Assembly: GCA_900617105.1 (NCBI GenBank)
Contig: UYFQ01000542.1
Coordinates: 1 to 50,012, forward strand
Reading direction: 5' to 3'
Source: Hydrurus foetidus
Taxonomy: Eukaryota
DNA length: 50,012 bases
Each line of letters starts with the position of its first letter. Position 1 is the stretch's first letter. Below, one piece after another: positions 1-10,008 of this stretch. Below the pieces are notes generated by a model that was given only the letters and a program-made list of their open reading frames with translations, was not told where the DNA came from and ran no database searches. The position numbers and the translations under genes were made by a program.

Positions 1-1742
1 GTAGGTGCGACCTCAGCGTCGTCGTGGTCGGTTGGCGTTAGCTTTGACTCGAAGACGAAGTCGAGACCTCCCATGTCCTCCGCGTCTTTGATCATCTGGC
101 GTGCTTCGCCCAGCATGACGACAAGACGCGTGAGCATTTTGAAGATGGTATCTTTCCCGGTCTTTTTCGTCTTACGTTTTGTCTTTGCCATGAAATTGTC
201 TGTGAACTTGTTGTTCTTTGGCAGCTTCTTGTAGAAGGCCTTACAGATATCATTTTGCATGTCGGCATCGATATTGTCGTATGACGTCCAGAATCCGAGT
301 AGGATGTCACGGAACTCAGAGAGAGCTCTGTCTTCAACAGAAGGATCTTTCCAGCTGATGCGGAATTTGCAATTCTTCAACTTCATTTCGAAGTCGAAAT
401 GGGAAGACGTACGTTTGTTTTTGTAAAAGATCTTTTTAAGATCATTTGCAATGTTCTTTAACGTTAACGTTTTGCCTTCGACCGTTGGCCAGGCGAGACA
501 AGTCTTGGTGTTGTAACCTGTCTCGCTTTTGCATCGAAGCAACTGGTCGCGGATCGTTTGGATGGCATCCATTTCGATTAGCATTTCCCAACTGGTTAAC
601 ATACCGGGGCGGTATGCTTGTTCGTAAAACGCTCTTGCTGCTTTATCAGCGTCGTCGAGAAGTTTTTCTCGAGTGAGGTAGTACGCCTCCTTCATGTTGA
701 TGATGGAGGTTTGCAAACCCGCTTTGCGTTGCGGAGGGGAATCCTCTTCCGAGTTTTCCGCCTTTTGCGCGCGGTGTGGTTTACCGGATTTGGCATCGGT
801 TTTGGTTTTCACCTTTTTGTCCTTTGGGGCGGGTTTGGGACCCGCCTTTGGGGACTTTTTCTTGGCGAGGGGTTTGATCTTAAGGGACTTTTTGTCCTTG
901 GGCTTAGACTTTTCGGGTTCGACCTCCTCGTCGTCTTCGACTTCGACTTCAGCTTTCGCTTCATTGTCGTCGCTGTTGTCGTTCCCGTCGTCGTCCCCGT
1001 CACCCTCTCCGTCGTCCCCGTCGCCACTACTTGCGTCGGACTCGTCGGAGGAGCTGTCGGGGTTGCCACCATCGCCTCCCGTGTCGTCGACGTCGTCGAC
1101 GTTACTGTCGTTCTCGTCGTCGGACTCGTCGGGGGGTTTGTCGTCGTCGTTGTTGTTGGCATTGTCGTCACCGTCGGCGTCAGCCTCCGGATCTGACTCG
1201 GCGTCGGCCTCGGCCTTGCCGGTGTCGGATGCCTTTTTTGTTGTGACTTTGGCGTCGACTGATGGTTCGAACAGATCGTCCTCTGCACCGATCTGTTGCA
1301 GTCGCGGAGGGAGTATCGAGATTTCTCCCCCTCTTTTTAAGTACCCGCGGGTATCGAGGGGAGAGTCTGTCTCGCCCTCGGCTTCCTCGGGTGCCAACCC
1401 GAGGAGCTCGTCGTTTGAGGGTTCTAAAGCGTCGGCAGCAGCTTGTGCAGCAGCTATTTGAGCTTGCTCTAGTTGATGAGCTGCTTGCATTTCTTTTGTT
1501 GCTGCTATGACGCTTTGGAAGAAAATTTGTTCGTCCTCAAGACGAGTTGGGGTAGCCGAAACATGTATTGCTTCTTTGGCCAGAGCCTGTATCGATTTCT
1601 CGATGTTTTGCTTTACAAGGGCCTGCTCCGCTTTGTGCTTTTCCTTCTCAGTGAGAGGAGCACTGCGCGAAGCGCTTGGAGCTGAAGAAGCAGAGGCGGC
1701 TGCGTTAGCAGCCGCTTTCTTCTTTATTTGGGCCCTTGTCAT
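1..1742 (-). CDS. Gag-like (or gag-pol N-terminal) ORF of element A, partial, at least 580 codons
   Basis: Manual translation from ATG 1742 (MTRAQIKKKAAANAAASASSAPS...) is open to position 1 with no stop, so it is missing from the ORF track. It has a D/E-rich tract, a K/P-rich tract, then a globular region (..AYYLTREKLLDDADKAARAFYEQAYRPGMLTSWEMLIEMDAIQTIRDQL..). Gag identity is inferred from position only. Confidence 0.65.
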   Translation of the reverse strand, partial: MTRAQIKKKAAANAAASASSAPSASRSAPLTEKEKHKAEQALVKQNIEKSIQALAKEAIHVSATPTRLEDEQIFFQSVIAATKEMQAAHQLEQAQIAAAQAAADALEPSNDELLGLAPEEAEGETDSPLDTRGYLKRGGEISILPPRLQQIGAEDDLFEPSVDAKVTTKKASDTGKAEADAESDPEADADGDDNANNNDDDKPPDESDDENDSNVDDVDDTGGDGGNPDSSSDESDASSGDGDDGEGDGDDDGNDNSDDNEAKAEVEVEDDEEVEPEKSKPKDKKSLKIKPLAKKKSPKAGPKPAPKDKKVKTKTDAKSGKPHRAQKAENSEEDSPPQRKAGLQTSIINMKEAYYLTREKLLDDADKAARAFYEQAYRPGMLTSWEMLIEMDAIQTIRDQLLRCKSETGYNTKTCLAWPTVEGKTLTLKNIANDLKKIFYKNKRTSSHFDFEMKLKNCKFRISWKDPSVEDRALSEFRDILLGFWTSYDNIDADMQNDICKAFYKKLPKNNKFTDNFMAKTKRKTKKTGKDTIFKMLTRLVVMLGEARQMIKDAEDMGGLDFVFESKLTPTDHDDAEVAP

Positions 1743-2291
1743 GGGACTTTTGTCTTGAGTCTTAAACGCGTGGATCTTGGGGTCTTGGACAGCGACGGAA
1801 CTCGGACGCGGCTCTCTATGGAGCTGAGGATATAGCCCCGCAGCTATGATGTCGTGGGATCGTAGGATCCTTTAACTGACGGAGCTGTTGGTGGTTTACT
1901 TTCGCGCGATTTCGTCGGAAATCGCTCGAAAAGTTGCCTGGCGTTTTGAACCTTTCAAGGAGCTAAACTGCGGGCGTTTTGGCCAGCTTTCGTTTCTATA
2001 ACGATGGGACTTGCTTTTGCTCGACTTAGAGCTACTTGCTTCGTTAGGCTTCGAGTTTTGAAGCCGTCACGATTTTGTCGCGAAAATCTCGACGACTCGA
2101 GCTTTTTAACGAAAGCGTTTCAGAGGCTGTCGATTAGACGTAGCCTTTGTAGTGTCTTTCGACGTTGTTTTCACTTGTTTCCAAGTTACTAGCTTGTTTG
2201 CACGCCGTTTTACGGGTCGTGGCGATGTTTTTGGGAAGCGTTTTGGAACTGGTCTCTAAAAAGAGCACCAAGTTGGTCCAAATACTAGTAT

Positions 2292-2509
2292 TGTGGCCTA
2301 ACTATGGGCTCTGCGGTGGGTCTGATGGGACGGGGCGCGAGGGCAAGAGGAAGGCAGCTGTTGTGCTGGTGCTGTTGGCTAAAGAGATGTGGTTAGCTTA
2401 CAGATAAACACAGAGATAGGCAAGTCATGAATCGGATGGCTCGGATCGTCCCCGATCCGAACCGAACGTACGCCGGTACCCGTACAGCTGTACAGCTGTG
2501 CGGGTCACA
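2292..2509 (-). repeat. 5' LTR of element A (218 bp)
   Basis: Minus strand reads TGTGACC...GGCCACA (6/7 inverted terminal repeat). Contains GTAAGCTAACCA (2401-2390), and its 3' half aligns by eye with 4619-4726. Confidence 0.8.
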
Positions 2510-2514
2510 ACAAC

Positions 2515-3042
2515 ATGGCTGAAACTCACTTAAAGAGCGCTGACAAATTACATGTCGCTGTCAATGTAACTCCAGAAACAATTTTTGAAATTGATTCTTA
2601 TGTTCTTGCTCTTAACCCTAAAGGGCCAGAGACAAGATTACACTGTAAATGGCTAGGCCCATTCAAAGTAGTAACCTTTGATAAAAGTCAGTACACTATA
2701 CTGAACTTGATCACTCACAAAACCCGTGATGTTCATGCTAGTCAATTAAAGCCATTTAGGTTTAATCCGACTAAAAGATCCCCGACTGATACAGCACGTC
2801 GTGATTACATGGAATTCTTCATTGAAGACATTCTTTCTCATGTTGGAAAGAAGTCTAAACCATCCACAATGAGATTCCATGTTAAGTGGTTGAATTACGA
2901 CTCAACTCACAATACGTGGGAACCTTGGCAATCCCTACGCACGACAGATCAATTACATAAGTATCTTCGTGATAACAACATGGTTAAAACAATACCGAAA
3001 CAATTTCGAGATAAACCTCCATTTGACATGGAGCACCCGTGA
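2515..3042 (+). pseudogene. C-terminal integrase fragment with GPF motif and chromodomain of a chromovirus-type Gypsy element (element B), cut 5' by element A
   Basis: LHCKWLGPFKVV (GPY/F motif), VHASQLKPF, then EFFIEDILSH..RFHVKWLNYDSTHNTWEPWQSL (chromodomain). Followed by a PPT and an LTR. Confidence 0.9.
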
Positions 3043-3330
3043 ATTTTATCTATGAAGATTCCTCCTATTTTTTTTAATCAGTTCACAACTGATTTTTTTT
3101 TGGTGGCTTAGTCAGTAAGAATCTGACATAATCATTCACGGGTAGCCCACACTTCACATTCTTTTTGACAAAATTATTTTTATACTTCATGTTTTATTTC
3201 AACTGCCCTTCCTTCTGAAGCGCTAGACTAGTTTCACAAAATTTAGTTTTAGTACCCTTCATTTCGAAGCGTTAGTCTAGATGCTCTTCTTAAAAGCGCT
3301 AGAAAACACTTGCTAAATCTTTTTTGAAAT

Positions 3331-3342
3331 AAGTAGGGGTAG
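3331..3342 (+). other. Polypurine tract of element B
   Basis: AAGTAGGGGTAG immediately before the LTR start TGTGGTC at 3343. Confidence 0.75.
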
Positions 3343-3525
3343 TGTGGTCGTCTGGGGGACCGTGGTCCCAGTTCCGACCTAGACTACCCAGATTCCGTAG
3401 ACCTCTGGGTAGGCTTCTAGGTTAGCCACACACACTAATCCTATACCTTCTCCACTCAGTTTCATAGTAAGCTAACCAGCATTCTCGCTCGCACCTTCTT
3501 TAGCCTAGATTCCCTCTAGGCCACA
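3343..3525 (+). repeat. 3' LTR of chromovirus element B (183 bp)
   Basis: TGTGGTC...GGCCACA (6/7 inverted termini), preceded by a PPT, with GTAAGCTAACCA at 3467-3478. Copia coding sequence begins at the next base. Confidence 0.85.
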
Positions 3526-3977
3526 GTGGCAACCAAGATAACCACCACTCCCAGACCTGCTACCTCGAATATCTCGCTAGAAGCCTCATCTGCTGGTGTT
3601 TCACCGATCAAGGGTCAGTATCCACGTCCACAGCGGAATCAGAGATCAAGGCTGTCAACCATGCACTCAAGTCGGAAGTCATACCAACTCGCGGTATATT
3701 AGAGATGATAGGGTGGGAACAGGATCCAACCATCATCGAAGAGGACAACCAGGCTTGCGTGTACTACTCAAAGACCACTCACATGACCCGAAACCTGCGT
3801 CACCTATAACTCGCCGAAGCGTATGCCAAGGAGAAAGTGCAAGATGGTACGTGCATTGTGATCAAAGTGGCCTCTGAAGACAACAACTCGGACATTGGTA
3901 CCAAGAGGGTAACACTACCCATCTTCACTAAACTAACATCCCAAATTGTTGATAGGACACTCAGAAATAATTTATAA
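3526..3977 (+). pseudogene. Ty1/copia RNase H domain remnant (element C) with one internal stop
   Basis: Frame from 3528 reads GNQDNHHSQTCYLEYLARSLICWCFTDQGSVSTSTAESEIKA...IEEDNQAC...MTRNLRHL*LAEAYAKEKVQDG..IKVASEDNNSDIGTK..NL*. This matches the copia RNase H motifs ISW..KQ..VA.STAEAE, DNQ, KHI and N.AD..TK. Premature TAA at 3807-3809. This frame is absent from the ORF track. Confidence 0.9.
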
Positions 3978-4157
3978 ATATCTTTTGTAAACTTTTGCGT
4001 CTTATTTAATATTTTACAATGCATTTTGTAATTTTTTAGTATTCTACTCACACAGTAGTCTATAATTTTTTGCAATTTGTTATTTGTATTATATTATTGA
4101 TAGCTCATATTAGCAAACATGCACTCATATACATACATACATCTTCACTACAGGGAG

Positions 4158-4348
4158 TGTCAGACTAACCACTAACGTAGTTACGTCTGTTGTATAGTAG
4201 CAGATATAGTAGTATAGATACACGTTAGGTAGTACTGTATACATAAATATGCGTAACCGTACGTACACCATTGAACGTACACCGTACATACCAGATATGG
4301 CCGTTGGCGATACATCCCATATTCTAAAGCATCCTTTTAGTGCCAACA
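4158..4348 (+). repeat. Probable 3' LTR of copia element C (~191 bp)
   Basis: Copia-like PPT ACAGGGAG (4150-4157) followed by TGTCAG. Candidate end GCCAACA at 4348. The end point is inferred because no second copy is in the window. Confidence 0.6.
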
Positions 4349-4726
4349 ACTGCTATGATCTATCTTGGAACGCCACACATGATTTCACCTCTACCTTGCT
4401 CACCACCTCGTTTGCCAGGTAGCCAATCACATGTCAGTTGCATATGCAGATTGCCAACTGCAGATCTTCTGTACTTGTAAACCTAAGCAGATCTTAATCG
4501 ATATAGCTTGCAGTTTCGCAGACACAGCGTTCTAGTCGAGTCTTGAAGTTCTACTGCAGTAGCCTCCACACCAGTTGGACTATACGTCATCAGGTGATAT
4601 CCTTTAGCCAGATCCACAGTAAGCTAACCACATTGCTACCCATAGCACCAGCTCTTCCAGCCCACTTTCCCTTGCCCTCGCTCCCAGCCGTCCTGCCCTC
4701 AGTGCCTAGATCCTAGCGAGGCCACA
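4349..4726 (+). mobile_element. LTR remnant (element D) related to the LTRs of A and B, 5' end not visible
   Basis: Ends in GGCCACA (4720-4726) and carries GTAAGCTAACCA (4619-4630). Also shares the AGCACCAGC and CTTGCCCTCGC blocks with LTR A at the same spacing from the end. Confidence 0.7.
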
Positions 4727-5289
4727 ATGCCTTTATTTAAAAATCGCTCATTGTGTTCATTTCCAGACCATCACAGATAAGACATGGTGATCGAGGATGT
4801 GGAATAATGTTCCTTTCAACTCCTTCAATGCAATATCAACCCTGATTCTTGCGTTGTCAAAGCCTGAGATTCCAGTTACGACTTTGTCAGAGATTAACTC
4901 TGCGGTAACTTCCATCCCATGAATAAAATATAAAATGAGAGATAACAATTGGACTCAGATTAAGTGGTGATTTTATGCAGTTATCAGCGCTGCTATGCCT
5001 GCCGCTACATAATACATAAATCGCGAACTAAAGTTTTGGTCTGGCGTTTTGGCCAAACGTTGGCCTGGTTGTCCAGTTGTCCGTTGTCCTCTCCCGATAC
5101 TTCGGTTTCCGGTTCCACCCTGTTTAGCCGTCCATGACTCAAAGGTGGCCATATTATGCCGGTAAAAACGGGGACGACGGTATAGTCTTAATCATTGGTC
5201 ATCACTCATCAGATAGCTTCTAATATCCCTGACCAGCTACTTAGAGTAGTAAGACTCTCGAGCCGTAGAACGATAATCTTGCTGCTGGT

Positions 5290-8200
5290 ATGGCTCTGCA
5301 ACTCCTACTGGAAGCCTCTTCGGGGGTGTCGGCCATGAAGAGTATTGAATCAGCGTGCATCTTTGACGGCCAGAGGATGACCATTATGATTCTTCCTCAC
5401 TCAGTCGTCTTCGTCAATGTATGCCCATTCGATTTCGAGGCGCTATAATATTTCCGTGATTCTAAGTTTTGAAGCTGATGAAGCTCATTACATTACACAT
5501 CTCAATCTCAGGGCTTGACTGGAGTTTTATTGCGCAGTGTCGAATTTCCTAAGAGAGATGCAGTAAAAATTGTTGATTGCAGCCACATTATTGGAAGCAG
5601 GTAAAAGGGACTAAGTTTTTGCAATGATCGAGATATTCTTGCGCTTTTGGGTGTTGCGCAGTTGCCCCGGTAACTATTTTTGGCCTACAAGAATTGAGTG
5701 CCTGTCGAGGAGAGTACAGACAGTATCAACGACGTCAACATGATCTCTGTCAATGAAAATTTCGTGCATGTCGTTGCGCTAAGCAGTCGAAGCATTCGTA
5801 GGACCTGTATGAACTTCTACTTCCTTTATTACGCTGTCTGATGATGACAGAAATGTAGCAATACATTGGGACCTCGCTTTTGGAGAGCTATGTGAAAACA
5901 GTGATTGTCACTTCGACGACTTCAGAATCTGATAGCGCACATCAGCTGCTCTCAAATTCAGTTGGTACAGAGAAACGTTTTCTGAATCTCTGTACTGGCC
6001 AAATAGTTCTGGAGACCATTACCCAGATCAAGTGTTCTGAAATGTTTCTCATAGTGATGACTTCTCAAAATCGTCCTATATTTGTATCTTGCCTCATCAC
6101 ATTTTCTATCTCGTCGTATAAATCTATTCATTTACTCTGCAGAAATTTTCTGGTGGCCTTTTCGAACTCCACAGTCGCCCTCATTTCAGAGCACACAGTC
6201 AGTACGGCTGAAATAGAATACGTGGCTTGGCCGCAGCAGCCACAATTCCTGATGCCGCTGGATAGCGGAGCGATCGTAGCAGCTTGCACTGACGGCACTG
6301 TGTGGCACGTGTCTCTGGTGGATGGCAGAATAAGTTCTCCGACTTCCATGTGAGTATTAAAAAACACACGGTGATCCTCTGCCACGTGAACTTTTCCACT
6401 TCATTGAAGACGACTGCGTACGACCTGATAGCTGCTCGACCAAACATACTCAAAGTAATGAGATGAATGAGATGCGCAGATCCAGCGTGACGTCGAAAGT
6501 CATATAGGCGACATGACAGCTGCCTGACGTGATATCCCGTCACTACAGTCAACTAGGCATCCCTGCACTTTGTAACGTGCGATTACGTAAAATGCTATTG
6601 AGATGGTATTGGGTCGTTTCAAATGAATCTGTATTGCATTATGCTGCTTCATGTGAGTGTAGATGACATGATTCTGTATGCGACTCAGTGTACTGAATGT
6701 TGCTACGGTACGACAGCACAGTACTCGACATGCGCGAGAATGGAAAAAACACTGCGTTCATTAGCCAATCCAACATCGCGTCATACTGTCTATCCCGTAG
6801 GTGGCAGAGCAATGAGGGGCGCATAGACTGGGTGTGCGTGGGCGCGTGCTGCTCAGGAGAGAGTGTGTCGCTCTTACTGCGTAGGAACCAGACAGAGGGA
6901 GACAGGGAAGGGGAGTCTTCGTCAGACAGCAGCAGCATCAGCGAGTCTGTGCAGTGCTCCCTGCTTTCCTGGTCTGTCCCTCCTGTGGAGAGTGCTGTCA
7001 CCATCAGCAGCAGTAGTAGTGGGAGTGTCAGCAGTAGCAGCTCAAGCAGTCACAGTAACAGCGGCAGTGTCATCATGCTTGGAGCGAATGCAACTCTCTT
7101 TGACTTCAAGATAAGGAAGAACGAGAAATTCATCAATATTTGTTCGCATGCTGGCTCCCGATCTCTTTCGGTGGTGTTTTCCTCCCCAAGCGCCAGAATC
7201 GACAACTCTAAGAACAGCTGTTTGATAAGGTGGATCAAATATGACTATTCTGACGGCGCCCTCTTGTTCGAGCGACACCTGGGAGGGGAAATAAAAACAT
7301 TCAACCACAGGGGTCAGAATCTGCAGAACGTCATCCCTGTGGGGCAGCTGCTGTGGTTCGTGTTCGATGGCAGGGCCGGGCTCTGGGACCCCAGGTACGG
7401 GGTAGAGCTGGCCAACACACTCACATCCCTCAGGGCAGCCGACCCGATTCGTCCCCCTCCTGCAGCCACGGCCTACCCGACTGTATCCCCTGGAAACCAC
7501 CTGTCGTGCTACAGCTTGGTGATGAGCGAGCCCCACTCCGAGGGAACATCGATATTCCTCACGACTCTCAAGGTCCCCACCGTGCAGACATCAGGTAAGA
7601 AGCAATCTTCACACACAGCTATGATTATGCCGTTTGACATCACGGAGATTGATCCGACGTGACTCTCCTTCCTCACGTTCATGACTGAAACATTAACATT
7701 TCATGTATGTCTCTTCAGCATCATCTGCGCTCAACCTCACCATGCTGATGCATCAGTGACCATGTCGAACCACCTGCCTTGTCCCGTCCTATTCCCTATC
7801 GATATTAGCATTAGGCGCACATCTTCTGACATATGTCGTCGTTGTCATCACTGCCTTCTATTCCTCCCCTACCGCACTGCATTGCACCTAATCCCCACCC
7901 CTTCCTTTCGTTTCTTGCCTTCCTCCTCTGCAGGATCTCTGTGCAATGCTCTAGGTCAGCAGAAGATGCCGCACATCCTGTCCAGCGGGAAGTACTTCGT
8001 TCGAGGGCACCGACTGATGATGGGCATGTCGAAGACCTCCATTATGAGCAAGCTCTCCGAGAAGATGCAGAAGGACATGCGAAACGGACTCACAACCATG
8101 CTATATGAAGATGATCAGAGCTCAAGAGCGATGGCGGAGGAGAGGAAGAGAGCGGAGGAGCCCATTGAGCCGGACACCTTCCACTCGCACTCACACAGGA

Positions 8201-10008
8201 GGCACCGCCCCCCTCAGAAGGGGACCAACGGGAACAGGGCTGTATCGCATGAGACTTGGGGGGAGAAAATAATTTATTTGGAAATACCCGCCGCGACTGT
8301 CGAGGTGTGTGCGATGAGTTATCTCCCACCTTGAAACTGTCTTTGCATTTCCCCTCCTTGTCCCTCCCTTTCTCTCTCCCTGCATAATTGCACATCGCTG
8401 ACCCGCTCTCTCCACCTCTTCCTGCAGTGTTACTTGGAGCACTTCCAAGCGCTGTTCCACAACGCGTACCCCCAGTGGGAGGACTGGGACTACATGCACC
8501 CCCTCGTGCTCTCGGGCACGGTCAGCACCAGCAAGAGTGGTCCCAATAGCCACTTGATCACACAGGCCATCAGAAGCTCCAGGTGAACACTCAACTGCAC
8601 GTTCGTGCATGTTTGTTCTGCGCCATACCTGCACTGACTGCTATGTGGCGCTCTCTCTCACTGTAGCGACCATTGGTGTTGCTGCTCTTGTTCTTCACCC
8701 ATCTCTACCTCATGTCCTACCTTCCTCCTCTCTCCGTTACTTCCCTCTCTCCTGCTCTACCTCACTGTAGGTTTGATATATTGGCAGCTATCTGTCTGTA
8801 TTGCCCCGATCTGACCGAGAAGGCAGCAGTGGAGATCCTCCTCGCATGTGCAAACGCCAGAGAAGAAGAGCTGGTGAGTCAAATTGCGAGTAATCGAGAT
8901 AACATTCTTATGTTTTACATATCTGACATACAACCAACACCTTTGCTTCGCGATTATCAATGAGTCTTTTCTGCGCTTATTAAAAGTCGCTGGTTCTCAA
9001 ACTGAACATGATTTGAAGTACCGCACATTTCTTTTTCTTGCCTCCTGTATTGCACTCATGAGACCTTTCACTTCTTCATATTGAACTGAACTCCTTCAAC
9101 GTAAGGTTGACCTGTGCGTGGACAGGACGGGAAGGATCACCTTCATGCGTCCCGACCCCAAGAAGCACAACGGACCTGACAAAGCACCCGTGGGCAAGAG
9201 CAAGAGATATGAGAAGCTGAGGAACGCCTATCGGAAGGACTTGACTAACGGACAGTTGATATCCATAACGATGGAGAACATCATCAGGCGGAAGGTGTCC
9301 TACTCCACCATCCTGCTGTCCGACCTGATGAAGAAGCAGATCACGCCCTCCTTCGCCATCATCATGCTCAGAGTGGTTATGCTATTCCTCAAGGGACTAT
9401 GCGCACCACTCATGCTCAACTCTAACTCAGAAGAGGCAAAGGGGACAGACATGGAGATGGACGTAGGGACAAATGCAGAGGGAGCGGTGGACAGCTCGAG
9501 TCGGAAGAAGAGACGGGTGCAGCGAGGTGGATCAGTGAACGACCTCGTGACCGTGTTCCAGTGCGTGTCCCCACACACAGGCGGTCTCTGGAATGCATAC
9601 AATGATGACCACGTGCAGGGAGCCATCACATGGGCGGAGGCACTGCTTGACGCGCACTTCTCCACCCTCGCCTTCAGAGCATCGCTGCACGCACCCACCA
9701 GACAAGCGCTAGGGAACGTCATGGAGACAAGTAAGCTATGCTGTCCAATCCAATGATTTCATATGACATGCAGTGAACTACTGATTGATCTGACATTGTT
9801 TACTTCTCATTTACAAACGGCTCAAACCCATTCTCTCCCTCATGCATTCCCTTCCCTTTCTTCCACAGTCGCGACTGCCAGCGACGCGTCCCAGGAGCTG
9901 GAGAGGGTGCTGGGACTGTGGGTGCACGTAAGCCGAGTTATTAAGTCCAAGGGATACCACAAAACACCCTCCACCGCTCTGTACCAACGAGAAACACTCC
10001 GCATATAG
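5290..10008 (+). CDS. Multi-exon NOL11/Utp8-like nucleolar protein
   Basis: ATG 5290, GT-AG intron 5419-5511 and further introns. Exons encode RFDILAAICLYCPDLTEKAAVEILL, WAEALLDAHFSTL and terminal ALYQRETLRI*, resembling the recalled NOL11 C-terminal motifs PD.PE, W..LLDA.F and LYSIE.L. Internal exon boundaries only partly resolved. Confidence 0.65.

Larger units (their letters stand above)
1..2509 (-). mobile_element. 5' part of a Ty3/Gypsy-like LTR retrotransposon (element A), truncated by the window edge
   Basis: LTR with TG...CA termini at 2509-2292, a ~550-nt leader, then a long intronless ORF from 1742 running off the window. Its outer edge abuts the truncated integrase ORF starting at 2515. 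Confidence 0.8.

Noticed and set aside
618..1461. Plus-strand ORFs 618-1196 and 694-1461, and minus ORF 809-1288
   Set aside because: Antisense or alternate-frame shadows of the low-complexity gag-like ORF.
2253..2270. TGGTGCTC... on the minus strand as a tRNA primer-binding site
   Set aside because: It lies about 21 nt from the better-supported LTR end (GGCCACA at 2292, shared with two other LTRs), too far for a canonical PBS. Kept only as an alternative.
3527..3540. TGGCAACCAAG after LTR B as a PBS of a tandem element
   Set aside because: These bases are in frame with the copia RNase H (G-N-Q-D..), so they are target sequence, not a PBS.
4757..4948. 63-aa minus ORF next to the TE stack
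   Set aside because: Short, with no recognisable motif or supporting splice structure.
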